A stretch of DNA of 63,144 bases, the filler included, from Jimgerdemannia flammicorona (taxonomy: Eukaryota): NCBI GenBank assembly GCA_003990765.1. It is 2 parts of 2 records of this genome, joined end to end, with 100 filler letters (N's around TTAATTAATTAA, not from the genome) between each part and the next. Parts side by side here need not be neighbours in the genome. Positions count along the whole stretch, not along the records: positions 1 to 31,526 come from RBNJ01000390.1; 1 more part is not named here. One strand, given 5' to 3'. The notes under the pieces were generated by a model. The model ran no database searches, was not told where the DNA came from, and saw only the letters and a program-made list of their open reading frames with translations. Of the stretch, positions 1-13,697 are shown piece by piece. Both the position numbers and the translations under genes were made by a program. The number at the start of each line of letters is the position of its first letter. The first letter of the stretch is position 1.

Positions 1-666
1 ATCTACTATCGGCTGCTCCAAAAAGGCTGCCGCGTACATAGCTGTGAGGTCTGTGAATTCCGAGGTCCGAAGGGCCGCCGTGAGTTGTTGCCGGAATTCT
101 CCCTCATCCCCGCCATCGCCATCGCCACTGCCACCGCCACCGCCGTCACCCCTTTGGCTCTCGATGAGCAGCTTGTGTGCTGTCCATATGAGAAAGAATC
201 TAACATTGTCAGCAGAGAGTGCATTTCCACCTCGAATACTCCCTCTTTTGACGATCATTGCAAGGTGAAAAATGAGTAGACTGGACCAACATACGAATTT
301 AGGGCTGCTGTTTTGTTTGCTCATGATGCGGCAGGAAAGAACAAAGAAAAAGAACAAAGAAAAGAGAGGAAACAAAGGAAAGGGTGATGTCACCAAAGTG
401 CGGCAGGAAAAAAAAACAAGAGCGAAATGAACAAAAGAAAGGGTGACGTCACCAAAGATTTCAATCCTGGGTCAATCCGGATGGGTCAATCCGGATGGGT
501 CAATCCGGATGGTCAATCCGGATGGATCAATCCGGATGGATCAATCCAGATCAATCCGGATCAATCCGGATCAGATCACGAGACCAATCCGAGTTGATTC
601 GAATCCATCACATGACGAATCTGAATCGAATCTCATCCGGATCAACTCCATTCGTTCGGAGCACTA
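1..666 (-). mobile_element. Terminus of a hAT-like TIR DNA transposon (end reads TAGTGCTCCGAACGAAT on the minus strand) with subterminal repeats and the start of an internal gene; continues beyond the window start
   Basis: Ends abruptly at ...TTCGGAGCACTA (666) against LINE ORF2 sequence. A degenerate paralogue at 38725-39380 ends at the same point (...AGGAGTACTA). TAGTG fits the hAT YARNG terminal consensus. A minus-strand frame ...IESQRGDGGGGGSGDGDGGDEGEFRQQLTAALRTSEF... is open to the window edge. Confidence 0.6.
470..575 (+). repeat. Subterminal tandem repeats, unit ~GGTCAATCCGGAT / GATCAATCCGGAT
   Basis: About 7-8 imperfect copies of TCAATCCGGAT visible directly. Confidence 0.85.
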
Positions 667-2509
667 CCTCTAGGGTTCTGAGGATCATTGATCGGCCTCT
701 TGGAGGGCAGTCAGACTGTGTTGGTCATCAATGACCACAGGGGTGTGGCTTTTCCCCTAGGTCATGGGGTGCCACAAGGTGACCCCTTATCACCAATATT
801 ATATGCCCTCTCTCTGGAGCCACTACTAGACAGGATTCAGCATCAAATCAGGGGTTTGGATATTCTAGAGATAAATTGGAAGGTGGGGGCCTTTGCTGAT
901 GATATGGTGGTTGGATTGGGCTCCTTGGTGGATGTGGGGGAGTTACAGTGTTCTGTAGAATAATATGAGAGGGGATCTGGTGCTAAACTAAACTGGCACA
1001 AGTGTGAGACTCTGGTACTGGGTGCTGGAATTATTGGTGGTGATGTAATTAGGACAGTGGTGCTGGCTGGTGAACCTGTATATTATTTGGAAATCTACTT
1101 CTTGGTGTTTGGATCTCTCCTTTCCTATGCATGGTGGAGCCATCAACTTCTGGAGTGGGGAAATGTTCTGCTGTGATGGGGAGGTCAGCATATGTCCTTG
1201 ACCAGTAGGGTGATGGTGCTGAATGTGTATTGGATGCTGAAGCTATGGTATGTGGGGTATCATTTGGATTTCCTGACCTGAGTGGTCCAGAGGCTATTGA
1301 AGATGGTGAGATCATGGATCTGGGGAGGGCGGCAAAGTCAGGTGGGTTAGAAGGTACTCACCCTGCTAGTGGAGAGAGGTGGGCTGGGCTTAGTGGACTT
1401 TACTAAGCGGCTTCATTGTTTGAGAGCTTGGTGGTTGAGGAGGGCGAGTGAGCTGAGGGGCTGGGAGTGGGTGCCACTCATGCAGAGGGTGTGGGAGGTT
1501 CAGTATTCCCCTTGTGGAGACTCTGGCAACCTGCTTGCAATGGTGGCCATGGATGGGAGTAGGAGGATGCAGTTCATGGGCTTCTGGTGGAGGGTGGTGG
1601 ATAGTGCTAAGAAAATTTGGCTTCAGTGGCAAGGTGATGAAGCAGAGGAGGATTGGGGACTACAAATGTAGCAGTGGGACAGGCTTCTACTGGGTGGTGT
1701 TCTGGTGGAGGATTTCCAGCTTAGAGAGGATATAGAGTACTTGCAGGGCTTGGGTGGAGATCTGTAGCCCAAAGCCTGGTAGAGGGTTGGAATTGGTGAG
1801 GAGTGGGATTGGAATAGACTCTGGCTTTAGAGCAAGCAGGTGAGGCAGTGGTTGCCCCCCAAGTTCTGGGTGGTATGGTGGTGAGTCTTATAGCAGAATG
1901 TGATGTTGAACTATTGGTCTAGGCACTTGGTGGATGGTGGTGTATTTGAGTGTGAGGAATATTTCAATATTGGTCAGGAGGGTGGAGTGATACAAATGCC
2001 TGAACATTGGCTTGGTGAGTGTGAGGTTTTGGAGGAGTTTTGGAGATGTATCATGGACTAGTTAGGGCTGTATGCCCTAGAGGGAGGGGAAGGGGGGAGA
2101 TGGGGAGAGCTCAACTGAAGACTGGTCAGCAGGGTTGGGGATGAATGGCTGACCCTTGGCTGAGCTCTGGTTATATGGGTTGGGTTAGCTGGGCATTGGG
2201 TACATGTATTTGAGGAGGGATGGTGGGTGGGGGTTGGAGATAAGATGGCATATTGGGAATGGTTATTACTGGATATTTTGAATAGCTGGTGGTGAGGGTG
2301 GGGGCTGGGTAAGGGGAATTGCAGGGGTTTGGTACAGTGTATCTCTCAGAAGAGTGGTGGGAGGATTCAGGTAGTGGGTGACTAGGTTGTGTTCAGGCAG
2401 AGGGAGGCTGAGGGGGGAGAGATGGGTCTATGGGGCATTGGTTGAGGGTTTGGGGTGACATTGTATTGTTAGAATTATAGATGGCAGTAATAAAGGGCAG
2501 TCCAAGTAA

Positions 2510-2540
<31 letters not shown>
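667..2540 (+). mobile_element. LINE (L1/Tx1-type) copy A: 3' half of ORF2 (RT and C-terminal Cys/His domain) plus poly(A); degenerate
   Basis: GVPQGDPLSPILYALSLEPL and AFADD RT motifs, GGLGLVDF, and the EHWLGEC motif. AATAAA near 2488, poly(A) 2513-2540. Paralogous to 9080-10950. Confidence 0.93.
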
Positions 2541-2543
<3 letters not shown>

Positions 2544-5041
2544 AGGTAACTATATACTAATCTGAAAAAAAATCTAAATATGATAGCTGATAGTAGGGTT
2601 GAGTAAAGAGGTGGTCTGAGGCCTGGGGATCTGATTGATAGTATAATGGATCTAATGGCAGCATCATTACTCAAGAAATCAGTATCAGAATTTATCATTA
2701 TATTGTGCTTCTAAGACTTAGTAGTTATGATCAAAATGGTTCTGGGGCTTCTAGTCTAGGAGATGAAAGAAGTAGTATCAGTAAAGTTCTTAAAGAGTCT
2801 GAAAGGAGTAGAGGTAGGTTTTGAGGAAAAGAAGTTGATATTAGGAGTATTGGAAAAAGAGGTGATAGTGGGTAGAGTGACTATTTCTATAATATAGTAC
2901 TTATATTGGAACCTACAGATGGTCTAGCTGATGGTAGTAAACATACCTATAGTGAAGAAGAAGGTGGCCAGAAGACTGATTGTTGACATCATCAAGAAGT
3001 ATAAAGATATAATAGATGTTGGGTTCTGAGTCTGGAAGAGTACTAAGTTCAGAACTGGAGATATAGATATCAGAGTAAGGCTAGTAAGTAAGGAGAATAT
3101 AGAGAAAGAGAGGGATTGGCCAGTAGTACTTAAGTGGGAATTAGTGGAGTATAAGGTCTCAAGAGTGAAGGAGACACTGGAGGAGGAGAAAGACTTATTG
3201 AAGATATTAAAAGACTTGGCTAGAGTAGTAGAGAGAAGATGGCTGATCTGAAAGAAGTTTAAGGCTAAGACAGTAGTGGAGGTTATGAATGGAAAGCAAG
3301 TATAACTAGACTAAGTGGCCTGAGAGAGAGTATAAGAGAGGTAGCATCAGAAGGATCTATTGGCAAATCTGGGTGAGAAGATAGTAAGAAAAAGTACTGC
3401 TAAAGAGATTGGATTGAGGGCTAGTACTTGAGCTAAAGAGCAGAAAGTAGCTCTTATAGTAATGCTGAAAGAGGGAGGAAATCTCAGACAGAGTGTAGTG
3501 ACTGAGGATAAGGTGATGGTTAAGGAAGCTTCCATATAGTATAGTTTGCCCACTGGAGAGGGGGGACCCAATGAGCTACAGAATGTACTGGAGGAGGTCT
3601 GAGATGAGTCAGTGAGGACAAATGCTAAGGAGAGCCTAGAGAGTAGAGAGCAGAAGACAGCTCTTGATATTGATGAGGTAATTGGAGAGGAGAGGTAGTT
3701 GTGGAAGGTACTGATGAATATGGTAGCAGATGAGTTAGGTGAGATTGACTTCTATATGATTAGTGAGAGGCAGTAGGGGGAGATTCTGTATAGGGATGAG
3801 ATAGTGTGGAAACTTTATGATAGGCTGATGACAGACTTGCTGGAAGCCAAGGAATATGAGATAGATGACAACAGAGATGCAGTACTTCTGGTAAATGCAA
3901 ATAAGCATGTGTCATATCTATAGGACCCAAGGAAGGGGTTGGCAAAGTGGCAGATAGTGTGTGAGAAGTATAGGTCTAATATAGAGGCTGTGGATGGTGA
4001 GGACTATCAGGAGATCTTGGAAGCACTAGATGCTCAGCAGGGAGAGGCAGATGAGCTTGAGGTAGAGAGGAACCTGGATGTTGCTAATGATACAATGAGT
4101 ATAAAACTATAGAGTAAGTGTTTATTCTCCAAACATTATTCAATATGAATAGTACAATTAGAATCTTCTCTTTGAATATCAATGGTTTAAAAGATATAGT
4201 ATAGTATTAGAATATTTTCAGCTAATTGAAGAGATTGGATATAGATTTATTCTTATTGCAGGATGTGAGATATGATGTAAACTCTGATATACTGAATTGG
4301 ATGAGCAAATGGGGGGAGAGTGGCTGTATAATAGAGTAGGATAGACATTCTAGTCAGAAAGGGTAAGAGAGATATTGGGGATATTGGATATTAGGAGGGC
4401 AGAGTAGTGTAGAGAGTGTAGAGACAACTGGGCTGAAATCCCTTAACTATTAGGTCATACTATTGTCTAGTAGAGAGAGGAGTATATGAAGTGAATAAGA
4501 GGACTATGAGATATAGACACAATAGTGGCAGAAGGGATTGACTGTCTGGATAGTGACTTTAATATAACAAGAGATAGACAATTGGACAGGAAGGAGAATG
4601 GTTGATAGAAGTGGAAAGATAGAGAACTGAGAGGAGATTGAGAGGCTGGGTATACTAGTAGATGCTAGATGTCTTAGATAGGAGAATCACAGAATTTATA
4701 CTCACTGAATAGCAGAACTGAGTTCAAGAATTGACTGGATCTTAATAGCTGAGTACTGAGAAGTAGATGTCTGGAGCTCTTTGGAAACAGTTTGGTATCT
4801 ATGATCAGATCACTGGAGCTTACTAGATTATAGAAGATTCAGGGAAAGTAAAGAGAGACCTGGACATTAATATCTGAATACTTTATTGCTGAGAGAATTC
4901 TCTTTATAAGATGTATAGATAGTAGATATTGGCTCTAAGATTTTGAGCTAGTGAGTACAAAGGCTGAAGATTGGAGATCATTTATAATATTTGAAATAAG
5001 ATATCTAGTAGTTCTGAAGAGAGATAGAGAGAGGGAGCAGT
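2541..5041 (+). mobile_element. LINE copy B (old, heavily mutated), segment 1: most of ORF1 and the APE-endonuclease part of ORF2
   Basis: Colinear with ~5480-8110 of copy C (ATGAATAGTACAATTAGAATCTTCTCTTTGAAT vs ATGAACAGTACAACCAACATTTTTTCTTTGAAT; SDH motif near 4805), with many G>A/C>T changes. Confidence 0.88.
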
Positions 5042-5131
5042 CATTTTTCCATCTTTCTCCGGTACCACTCAGGTTACACAATCTTTGGAAGGCACTCACG
5101 ATATTGTTTTTGGAGCAAAGAGACTAACAAC

Positions 5132-7168
5132 ATGACAACCAACAGGTGAGCTGAGATGCATACTGGGCAGGGCGGCCCAAGTGCTTTCAAATGGCAGCAA
5201 GTTGGGAGGGGCCCAGGCCTGGGGGGGAGCATGAGGGGGCTGCTGGCAGGTGGACAAGGAAGGGGTGGAGGTACTGATGAAGGTCAGGGGTCTGGGAGGG
5301 CAAGCTTTGCAGAGATGGTAAAGGGGAGATAGTAGGCATCAGGGCTGGAGGGCTGGCTGAGGAGGGGCAAGAAGAATGAGAAGGCAGCAGTGTAGAGAGG
5401 AGTGGCCCTTGGAAGGGGGGGCAGTGAAGCTGGGGGAGTAGCAGCTAGGGAGAGTGTGACTGCTGATGGCGACAGGACTGTTAATCTGGAAAAAAATCCA
5501 GATGTGATGGCTGTTGGTGAGGCTAAGCAGCTGGGGCTTAGAAGACAAGGAGATTTGGTGGATGGCATGATGGGCCTGGCAGTGGCCCCATTACTCAAGA
5601 AATCGATCTCGGTATTTGCAGTTACACTGTACTTCTGGGGCTTAGTGGTGATGGCAAAAATAGTGCTGGGGCTTATCGCTAAGCAGGTGGCGGGAACTGC
5701 ATCAGTGAAGTTTCTGAAGGGACTGAAGGGTGTGGAGGTGGGTTTTAAGAAGGCTGAACTGCTGGAGGAGGCACTGAAGGTTGGGTTGGTGGTTGGGGAG
5801 GTGTGTGTTTCAATGGTGAGGTGTTTGAAATGAGATCCGAGGGTGGTCCAACTGCTGGTGAAAGGAGTACCTACAGTGATGGCAATAGAGATGAGAAAGA
5901 GAGTGAAGGATGTCATGGCGGAGTATGGAGAGATAGTGGACATCAGATTCAGGGTCTGGGAAGAGACCACGCTCAGGACTAGGGATGTGGATGTGAGGAT
6001 TTGGCTGGCTGGGAAAGAGGCTACTGAGAAGGCAAGGGACTGGCCTTCAGTAATGGTTTGGGGAGCGATCCTGTGCAAGGTGACGAGGATAAAAGGAAGT
6101 GAAGAAGGGAAAGAAGATTTATTGGAAGTGCTGAAAGAACTGGATGGGGCTGTGGAGTAGCGAGCTAAGGCCTGGAAGACTTTCGAGGAGTTGACGCACC
6201 TGGAGGTGGTGGATGGAAAGAGGATTTGAGTGGACAAGATACAGTGGGAAAGGGCTCAGGGGCAGAAGAGATAGAAGGATCTGCTGGCTAAACTGGGGGG
6301 TGGACCACAGAAGGATGCAAGCAAGAAGACAGGTGTGGAAGGGGCTGGAGCAAGCATCTGGACTGGCGAGGGAAGTGGGAATGATGGGGGGAATGATGGG
6401 GTGAAGACAGGGAAGGCAAAAGAGGTGAAGATTAGTGACCCATATACTGATAGCACCTTGGAGGTTTGGGATGAAGTCTGGGAGAATTCCCCCACTCCTT
6501 CCCCTCTTATCAGGTGTGGCCCAGCTTCCAGAAACAAGACTGGGGAGGATGTGATGATGCTGGGGACCCAGCAGGTGAAATTCAGCATTCCAGAGATAAT
6601 AAATAGGGATCAAGTAGTAGCAGCCGGGGAGGAGGAACTGGTGGATGTCCCAGAGGTGTGGGATGAGGATGCAAGTGCTGGAGCTGATACCATAATGCTG
6701 GACAGAGGGAGGCTGGTGACCCCTGGTGGGAAGGAGGTGGGGAACCTACTTTGGATGTGCCGGATGATGAATAACCTGGCAGCAGAAGAGTTGGGAGAGG
6801 TGGACTTGTGTGGGATAGATGATAAGCACTGGACAAGAATTTTGCAGAGAGAAGGAGTGGTGATGGCACTGAAGGCAGAAATTCTCATGGTGTATCTGGA
6901 GGAGGAAGGGTATAAGGTGAATAAGGAGCAAGAGGCAGAGATGGTGGTTATCACTGGGGAGAGGGCTGAGTACTGTTGGAACAAGCATCATGGGCTGCAG
7001 CTTTGGCAGAAGGCTTACATCGAGTACAGAGAGGAGTTTGAGGAGAAGGCCGATGAGGAGATGAATGAGCTGTTGGCTGGATTGGAGGCTCAGAGGGCTG
7101 AAGAGGAGGAGGTGATGGCTGAACATAATCTGGACATAGCACAGGAGGAGATGAGAATGGAGCAGTAG
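5132..7168 (+). pseudogene. LINE ORF1 (~678 codons; RRM-like region VQLLVKGVP...YGEIVDIRF, acidic helical C-terminus) with in-frame stops
   Basis: ATG at 5132. Track ORFs 5402, 5843 and 6335 are all in this same frame, separated only by nonsense codons. Confidence 0.85.
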
Positions 7169-7198
7169 AGATTGACTGAGAACAAACCATAATTCATT

Positions 7199-10100
7199 AT
7201 GAACAGTACAACCAACATTTTTTCTTTGAATGTGAATAGGCTAAGGGGTACAGTTAGATGTAGGAACATTTTTATTTGGCTAAAGAGATTGGAGGCCAAT
7301 CTCTTCCTCTTGCAGGATGTCAGGTGTGGGGATGATTCTGATAGGATAGAATGGACAAAGAAATGGGATGGCATGGCAATTTGGAACAGCAAGGTCAGGA
7401 TTCTGGTTTGGAAAGGCAGAGGGGAGATAAGGGATGTAAGGAGCTGGGGGGAGAGGCTGGTCTGGGGTGAGTAGATTTGTGCAGGTTGGGAGCCAGTCAC
7501 AATTGGCTCCTGTTACTACCCTGCCATATGGGGGGAGCATGTGGACTAGGTGAAAGGGCTCCAGGAGAGTGGGATCCTTGCTGAAGCTGGGGTGGATATG
7601 TTTAGAGGAGATTTCAATATAGTTCGAAATATATGGTTGAATAGAACTGATGGAGAACAGGATACTGAGAGCAGGAGTGGGGGGCTGGTGATATGGGAGG
7701 AAGTCAAAAGGCTAGGAGTGCTGGTGGATGCTGGTAGGGAGTACTGGTGGGACAGGAGGGTATATATGTATTGGGCTGGAGACCTGGAGACAAGGATTGA
7801 CTGGATTCTGATGGCCAACTGTTGGGGCCATGATGTTTGGAAGGTGCTAGAGGTAGAATGGTGTCTGTGGTCAGATCACTAGAGCCTTTTGAGATAGAGG
7901 TGTTTTGGGGGAAGTGGTGATGGGCCTGGACATTGGTACCTAAATTCCTTCTTGTTGGATGATGAGTCCTGGTGGGAGGAGTGGGCAAAAGACATTCAGC
8001 TGAAGGTGGAGAACTGGTGGCAGGAAGGGGCCTCAATTAGGGTTCAGTAGGTGAGAATGAAAGAGATGGCTAGGATGTACTGGAGCAAGGCTGGCAGAGA
8101 GGCTGGGAAGCAGCAAAGGCAGAGAGTGCATTGGGCTTCTACTAGATTGGCTAGGCTCCTGGAGGAGTGGGCAAGACTGGCAGTAGTAGAGGGAGAAGAG
8201 GATTGGAGAATAATGAGGATAAAGATAGAGGTTGGGGAACTATAACAGGTGCTGCAGAAAGAGGAAGAGTCAAGGATGCAGGGCCTAGTATCATGGCTTC
8301 GTTGGCAGGGGCTGGAGGAAGGGGAGAGGTCTTCCAAGTTTCTCATGAGGACACTTCGAGTGAGAAGGGTACAGCAGCAGTGGGAAGGGGTACTTGGCTC
8401 AGATGGTGTACTAGTGCATGGTGTACAGGATATCCTAAGAATGCTGAAGGAGCAATGGAGTGGATTGTGGAGTGAGGAGGAGGGTGGGGCAGATGCTACA
8501 GCCATTGACCAAACATTAGAAGATTGGCACCCCCCATAAGCTGAGGGACTAGGTGACCTGGTGATGCCTGTAAAGGAGAATGAGATCTACCTGGTTCTTG
8601 CTGCGACAGCCTCGGGTATGGCACCTGGGGAGGATGGCCTACTCTGGGACTTCTGGAAGCAAATGGTTGGAGTCCCAGGCATGTTGGGGGAGTTGACAGC
8701 ACTGTGTGATTTTATATTACAGTCAGGGAGATGGGTGGGAGAGCAGGATCTTGGACTGGTGATACTGCTTTATAAGAACAAAGGAAGGCGAGAGAATTGG
8801 AAGAACTGGTGGCTGATAATGTTGCTGGATATGGACAGAAAGTTGGTGACTAAGGTAGTGGTCGCAAGGCTACAGAAGGTAGCCCAGCAAATTGTGGGTG
8901 TTGAGCAGAGGGGCTTCATAGGGGGTTGGCTTATTAGAGATGGTACAGCCTAGGTACATGGCATTATTGAAGGTGCTAGAGCCTGTGGACTGGATGGGTA
9001 TCTTGTCTTCTTGGACCAGGAGAAGACTTATGACTGGGTGTGGCAAGTCTGGCTAGAGAAAGTATTAGATAGAATTGGGGTTCTAGTCCCATTTCAGTCT
9101 GTGATAGTCAGCCTACTGGAAGGGAGTAGGGCTGTGCTCATGTGTAATGGGCATAGAGGGGTAGCATTCCCTCTGGGTAGGGGAGTGCTCCAGGGGGACC
9201 CACTGTCCCCTATTTTGTATGCTCTTTCTTTGGAACCTTTAATAGACAGAATTCAGCAGAGGATAGTGGGGCTCTCTATCTATAGAGTTGGCTGGAAAGT
9301 TGGAGCCTTTGCAGATGACATAGCGGTTGGTTTGGGAGTGACTGCTGATGTCGAGGAGCTCAAGAGGACAGTGGAGTGGTATGAGGAGAACTCTGGGGTG
9401 AAGCTGAATTGACACAAGTGCGAAACAATGGTGCTGGGCAATGGCCTGGTGGGCAGGGAGGTTATTGGAACAATTGTCCCCACCGGAGAAGCAGTGCGGT
9501 ACTTGGATATCTATTTGTCGATCTACAGGTCTGTTCTGTCCAGGCTGTGGTGGGAGCAGAGGGTTGGAATTTGGAAGGAGGACCTGCGGGGTTGGGGGGG
9601 AAGACACTTCTCTCTGGCAGGAAGGATCTCGATTTTGAATGCATACTGGCTGCCGAAGTTGTAGTATTTGGCTTATCATCTGAACTTTCCAGCCTGGGTG
9701 GTGAAGAGATTGGTGAAGGTGGTTAAGGGATAGATTTGGGCTAGCAGACAGAGTCAGATTGGTTGGGAGACTTTGTTCCGACTGGTGGCAAGAGGTGGTC
9801 TTGGGCTGGTGGACTTCCCCAAATGACTACACTGCTTGAGGGCATGGTGGCTTAAGAGAGCAGTGGAGCTACATGGAGGGGGTTGGGTTCCCCTACTGCA
9901 GAAGGTCTGGGAGAGGCAGTCATCACCAAGAGGCTCAACTGGTGATCTTCTTTTATTAGTTGGGCTTCGGAATACTGCACAATTGTGATATAAAGGCTTC
10001 TGGTGGGGGATAGCAGAGGGGGTACACCGCATTGGTATTCGCTGGCAAGGGAATGAGGGGGAGAGGGCTTGGGGCCTGGTGATGTGGAAATGGGATGGTA

Positions 10101-10855
10101 TTCTACTGGGTGGTGTACCTTTATCTGAGTTTGACATTAGTGATGGAGTAGAATGCCAAAGGGAACTGGGCCAGGATCTGTGGCCTAGTGGTTGACAAGG
10201 AGTTGGAATTGGAGAGGAGTGGGACTGGCATGGGGTTTGGACCTGGAGCACTACAGTGAAAAAATGAATACTGCCAAAGTACTGGGTGGTCTGGTGGCAC
10301 ATGCTGAGGAGAAATGTGATGCTTAACTTCCACTCAGGACACCTTATCACAGGGGGCTGCTTTGACTGCGAGGAGTGCCATAATGTAGGGCAGGAAGGGG
10401 GATTTGTACAGACACCAGAACATTGGCTAGAGGAGTGTGAGGTGTTGGGAGACTTTTGGCAGGCCATTGGGGACCACTTGGGGGTGAGACATAGGGGAGA
10501 TAATGTATGGGGGAGGTGGGAGGACCTGAGGGATTGACTGGTAGGAGGGGTAGGGGTAGAGTAGATTACTTTAGGCTGAGCATTGGCTATTTGGGTTGGG
10601 CTGGCCAGTCACTGGCTATTTGTATTTGAGAAGGAGAGGTGACAGAGTTTGGGGAGCTGGTTATCACAGTGGCAGTGCCTTATGGAGGACACCTTGACAG
10701 GCTGGTGGCTTGGTTGGGGGCTGCAGGGGGGTCGGAGGCACTGCTTGGTGGTGAAAATCTGTGGTCAGAGTGATGGAAGAGTTGGAGTCATTGATGAGAG
10801 GGTGGTCTTTATACATGAAGAGGTGGGGAGGGGCCCCCCTATGGGAATTGGATAG
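7199..10855 (+). pseudogene. LINE ORF2 (~1218 codons): APE endonuclease, reverse transcriptase, C-terminal Cys/His motif; nonsense-inactivated
   Basis: APE motifs IFSLNVN, GDFN, TRIDWIL, SDH. RT motifs APGEDGL, DQEKTYD, QGDPLSP, AFADD. C-terminal CEEC...EHWLEEC. Track fragments 7199 to 10649 share one frame. Confidence 0.93.
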
Positions 10856-10914
10856 TGGGTAGTGATATTGTATACTTATTCATAGACTGGTAATAAAGAC
10901 AGAGTCCAAGTGAC

Positions 10915-10950
<36 letters not shown>

Positions 10951-10954
<4 letters not shown>

Positions 10955-13697
10955 AGAGGAAGCAGTGCTCAGAGGAGGAGTTATATAAGATGGACTTTCA
11001 GGCAGTTAGAGAAGCTACTGGAGCAATAGATGGAATTACTAAATGATGAAAAGGAGAGGAATAAGAGAGTTTAGTAGATTTGGCTGGAGGTAGAGGAATT
11101 GAAGAGGCTGCTTAGATAGGAGGAGAAATTGCAGGTAAAGAGTATAGCTATCCAGTTGAGATGGTAGGGCTTAGAGAAGAGAGAGAGACCCATAAAGTTT
11201 TTATCAAGGATACTTCAGGCAAGGAGAGTCAGGCAGTAGTGAGAGGGGATATTGAATGAGACAGAAGAAATAGTGGTTAGAATTTCAGGGATCTTGGACC
11301 AGCTGAGGTTCAGATAGAAGTGACTGTAGAGTAAGAAAGAGAGGGGGGGGGGAGAATGTATTGGACATTGAACAGTATCTGATAGATTAGTACCCTGACC
11401 CAGTAGAGGGGTTAGGAGAACTTGGAGCAGTTGTCTGAAAAGAGGAGATTGGTAGAGTATTAGTGATAATAAGTTATGAGACTGCTCTGGAAGAGGATAG
11501 CCTATCTTGGAATTTCTGAAAGAGAATGGTAGGAGTGGAGGTGACTTTGTAAGAGATGATATGGATGTGTGATGAGGTTATTAGCTCAGAGTTCTGGATT
11601 GGGGGGCAGTGCTTAGAACTTATAGCTCTATTGTATAAGAATAAGAGAAGAAGAAAGAACTGAAAGAACTGGAGACTGATCATACTTCTGGATATAGATT
11701 GCAAATTAGTTATGAAGATATTAGTAGTTAGGCTGCAGAAAGTGACTCAGAGAATATTGAGAACAGAGCAGAGAGGCTTTGTAGAAGGTCAGCTAATAAG
11801 AGATAGGACAGTATAGGTCTATGGTATTATTGAAGGAGTTGTACTGCTGGAGTAGATAGTAGGCTAGTATTTCTAGACCAAGAGAAGGCCTATGATAGAG
11901 TCAGGAGAGTATGGCTAGAGGGAGTGTTGAAGTATATAGAGATCTCTCAAAGGTTCTATCAATCTTTAGTCAGTCTGTTAGAGGGAAGTCAGATGGCTAT
12001 TATAGTAAATAAGTATAGAGGAGAGTCTTTTCCCCTAGACAGAGGAGTGCCACAAGGAGACTCACTATCTCCAATTTTTTATGCCCTTACTCTGGATCCT
12101 TTATTAGACAGGATTAGGTGTAGGGTAGGGGGGTTGAACATTCTGAGGATAAACTGGAATATGGGGGCCTTTGCTAATAATATAGTAATAGGGTTGGACT
12201 TGGTGAAGAATGTGACAGTACTGAAGAGCACAGTAGAATAGTATGAGAGATGTTCCAGTGCTAAGCTTAACCAGCATAAGTGTAAGACTCTAGTACTCAG
12301 AGGTGGAATTATAGAAGAAGATGTAATTGGAACAATTGTCCTAGCAGAAGAGGTAGTCTAGTATCTGAGAATCTACTTCTTGATATATGGCTCCTTATTG
12401 CCTTAGAGATGGTAGGAATAGTAGCTGATTGAGTGGAGCAGTATACTTCTGGATTGAGATGATAGGTATATTTCTCTGGCTAGTAGAGTAATAGTATTAA
12501 ATATATATTAGTTGCCAAAGCTATAGTACCTGGAGTATCACTTGAACTTCCTAGCATAGGTAGTCAAACAACTGATAAAGATAGCCAGAACATGGATTTA
12601 GATAGAGAGACAGAGTTAGATTAGATGGGAAGTATTGATATTGCTAGTGGGTCAGAGAGGACTGAGACTGGTGGATTTTATCAAGTACCTACACTACTTG
12701 AAGATATAGTAGATGAAGTGAGCTTACAAGTTGAGGGGTCATAAGTGGGTACTACTTATATAGAGAGTTTGGAAGGTATGGTTCTCCCCTTAGAGTATAT
12801 CTAGTGACTTGCTCTCTTTGGTGGTACTGGAGGAGAGCCAGAGGATATACTATAAAGAATTCTAGTTGAGTATAATTGATGGGGCTTGATGAATTGGCTT
12901 CCAGTAGCAGGGTGATAAAGGAGAAAAAGAATGGAAAACCCAGATATAGAGGTGGGACTATTTGCTATTAGAGGTATGCTATTGGATAATTTCAGTTTAG
13001 AGAATAGTATATAATATCTTCAGAAGCATAGAAGGGATTTATAGCCTGAGACTTGGCAAAAAAGTAGGAATTGGCAAAGAGTAGAACTGGAATAGTATTT
13101 GATCTTGAAGCAAGTAGGTGATAAGGTAGATTCCTCCCAAATACTGGATAGTTTGGTGGAGGTTCTTGTAGTACAATGTGATATTAAACTATAGGTCAGA
13201 ATATCTGATAGAAGGAGATATAATAGAGTATGAGAAGTGCCTTAATATTGAGCAAGAGAATGGAATAGTACAGATATCTGAATATTGGCTGAGAAAGTAT
13301 GAGATTATGAGAGACTTTTGGAAGACTATCAAGGATTAGATAGGAGTGCTTCCAGCTAGATAAAGGGTGGGTGGGAGGTAGAGTGATCTCTGGAGGAGAC
13401 TAGTGAGTAGAGTTAGAGATAAGTAGTTAACCATTAGGTAAGTACTGGCTATTTAGGTTAGGCTTGCCAGATATTGGCTATATATATTTGAGGATAGTCA
13501 GTAGCTGATACTTGAAGTAAGAGTGATAAGGTGAGAATAGTTATTGTTAAACCTATTAAATAGTTAGTAGTGGGTGGAGACCTAGAAGGAGGCTCTATAA
13601 GAGACTTATAGAGAAGATATATGTATATATAGATAGAGTAGAGAGAGAATTGAGGTCACTGGAGAGATGGTGTATTTCTGAAGAGATGAAGAGAGAG
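10951..13697 (+). mobile_element. LINE copy B, segment 2: remainder of ORF2 (RT and C-terminal domain), heavily mutated
   Basis: RGVPQGDSLSPIFYALTLDPL and AFANN (mutated AFADD). Colinear with ~8100-10820. Confidence 0.9.

Larger units (their letters stand above)
5042..10950 (+). mobile_element. LINE copy C, full length (5' UTR, ORF1, ORF2, 3' UTR, poly(A)), inserted into copy B
   Basis: 16-bp TSD AGAGAGAGGGAGCAGT (5026-5041) / AGAGAGAGGAAGCAGT (10951-10966). Poly(A) 10918-10950. Copy B sequence resumes after the TSD. Confidence 0.95.

Noticed and set aside
5284..10467. Many long minus-strand ORFs across LINE C
   Set aside because: Antisense shadows of the G-rich LINE ORFs with no domain motifs.
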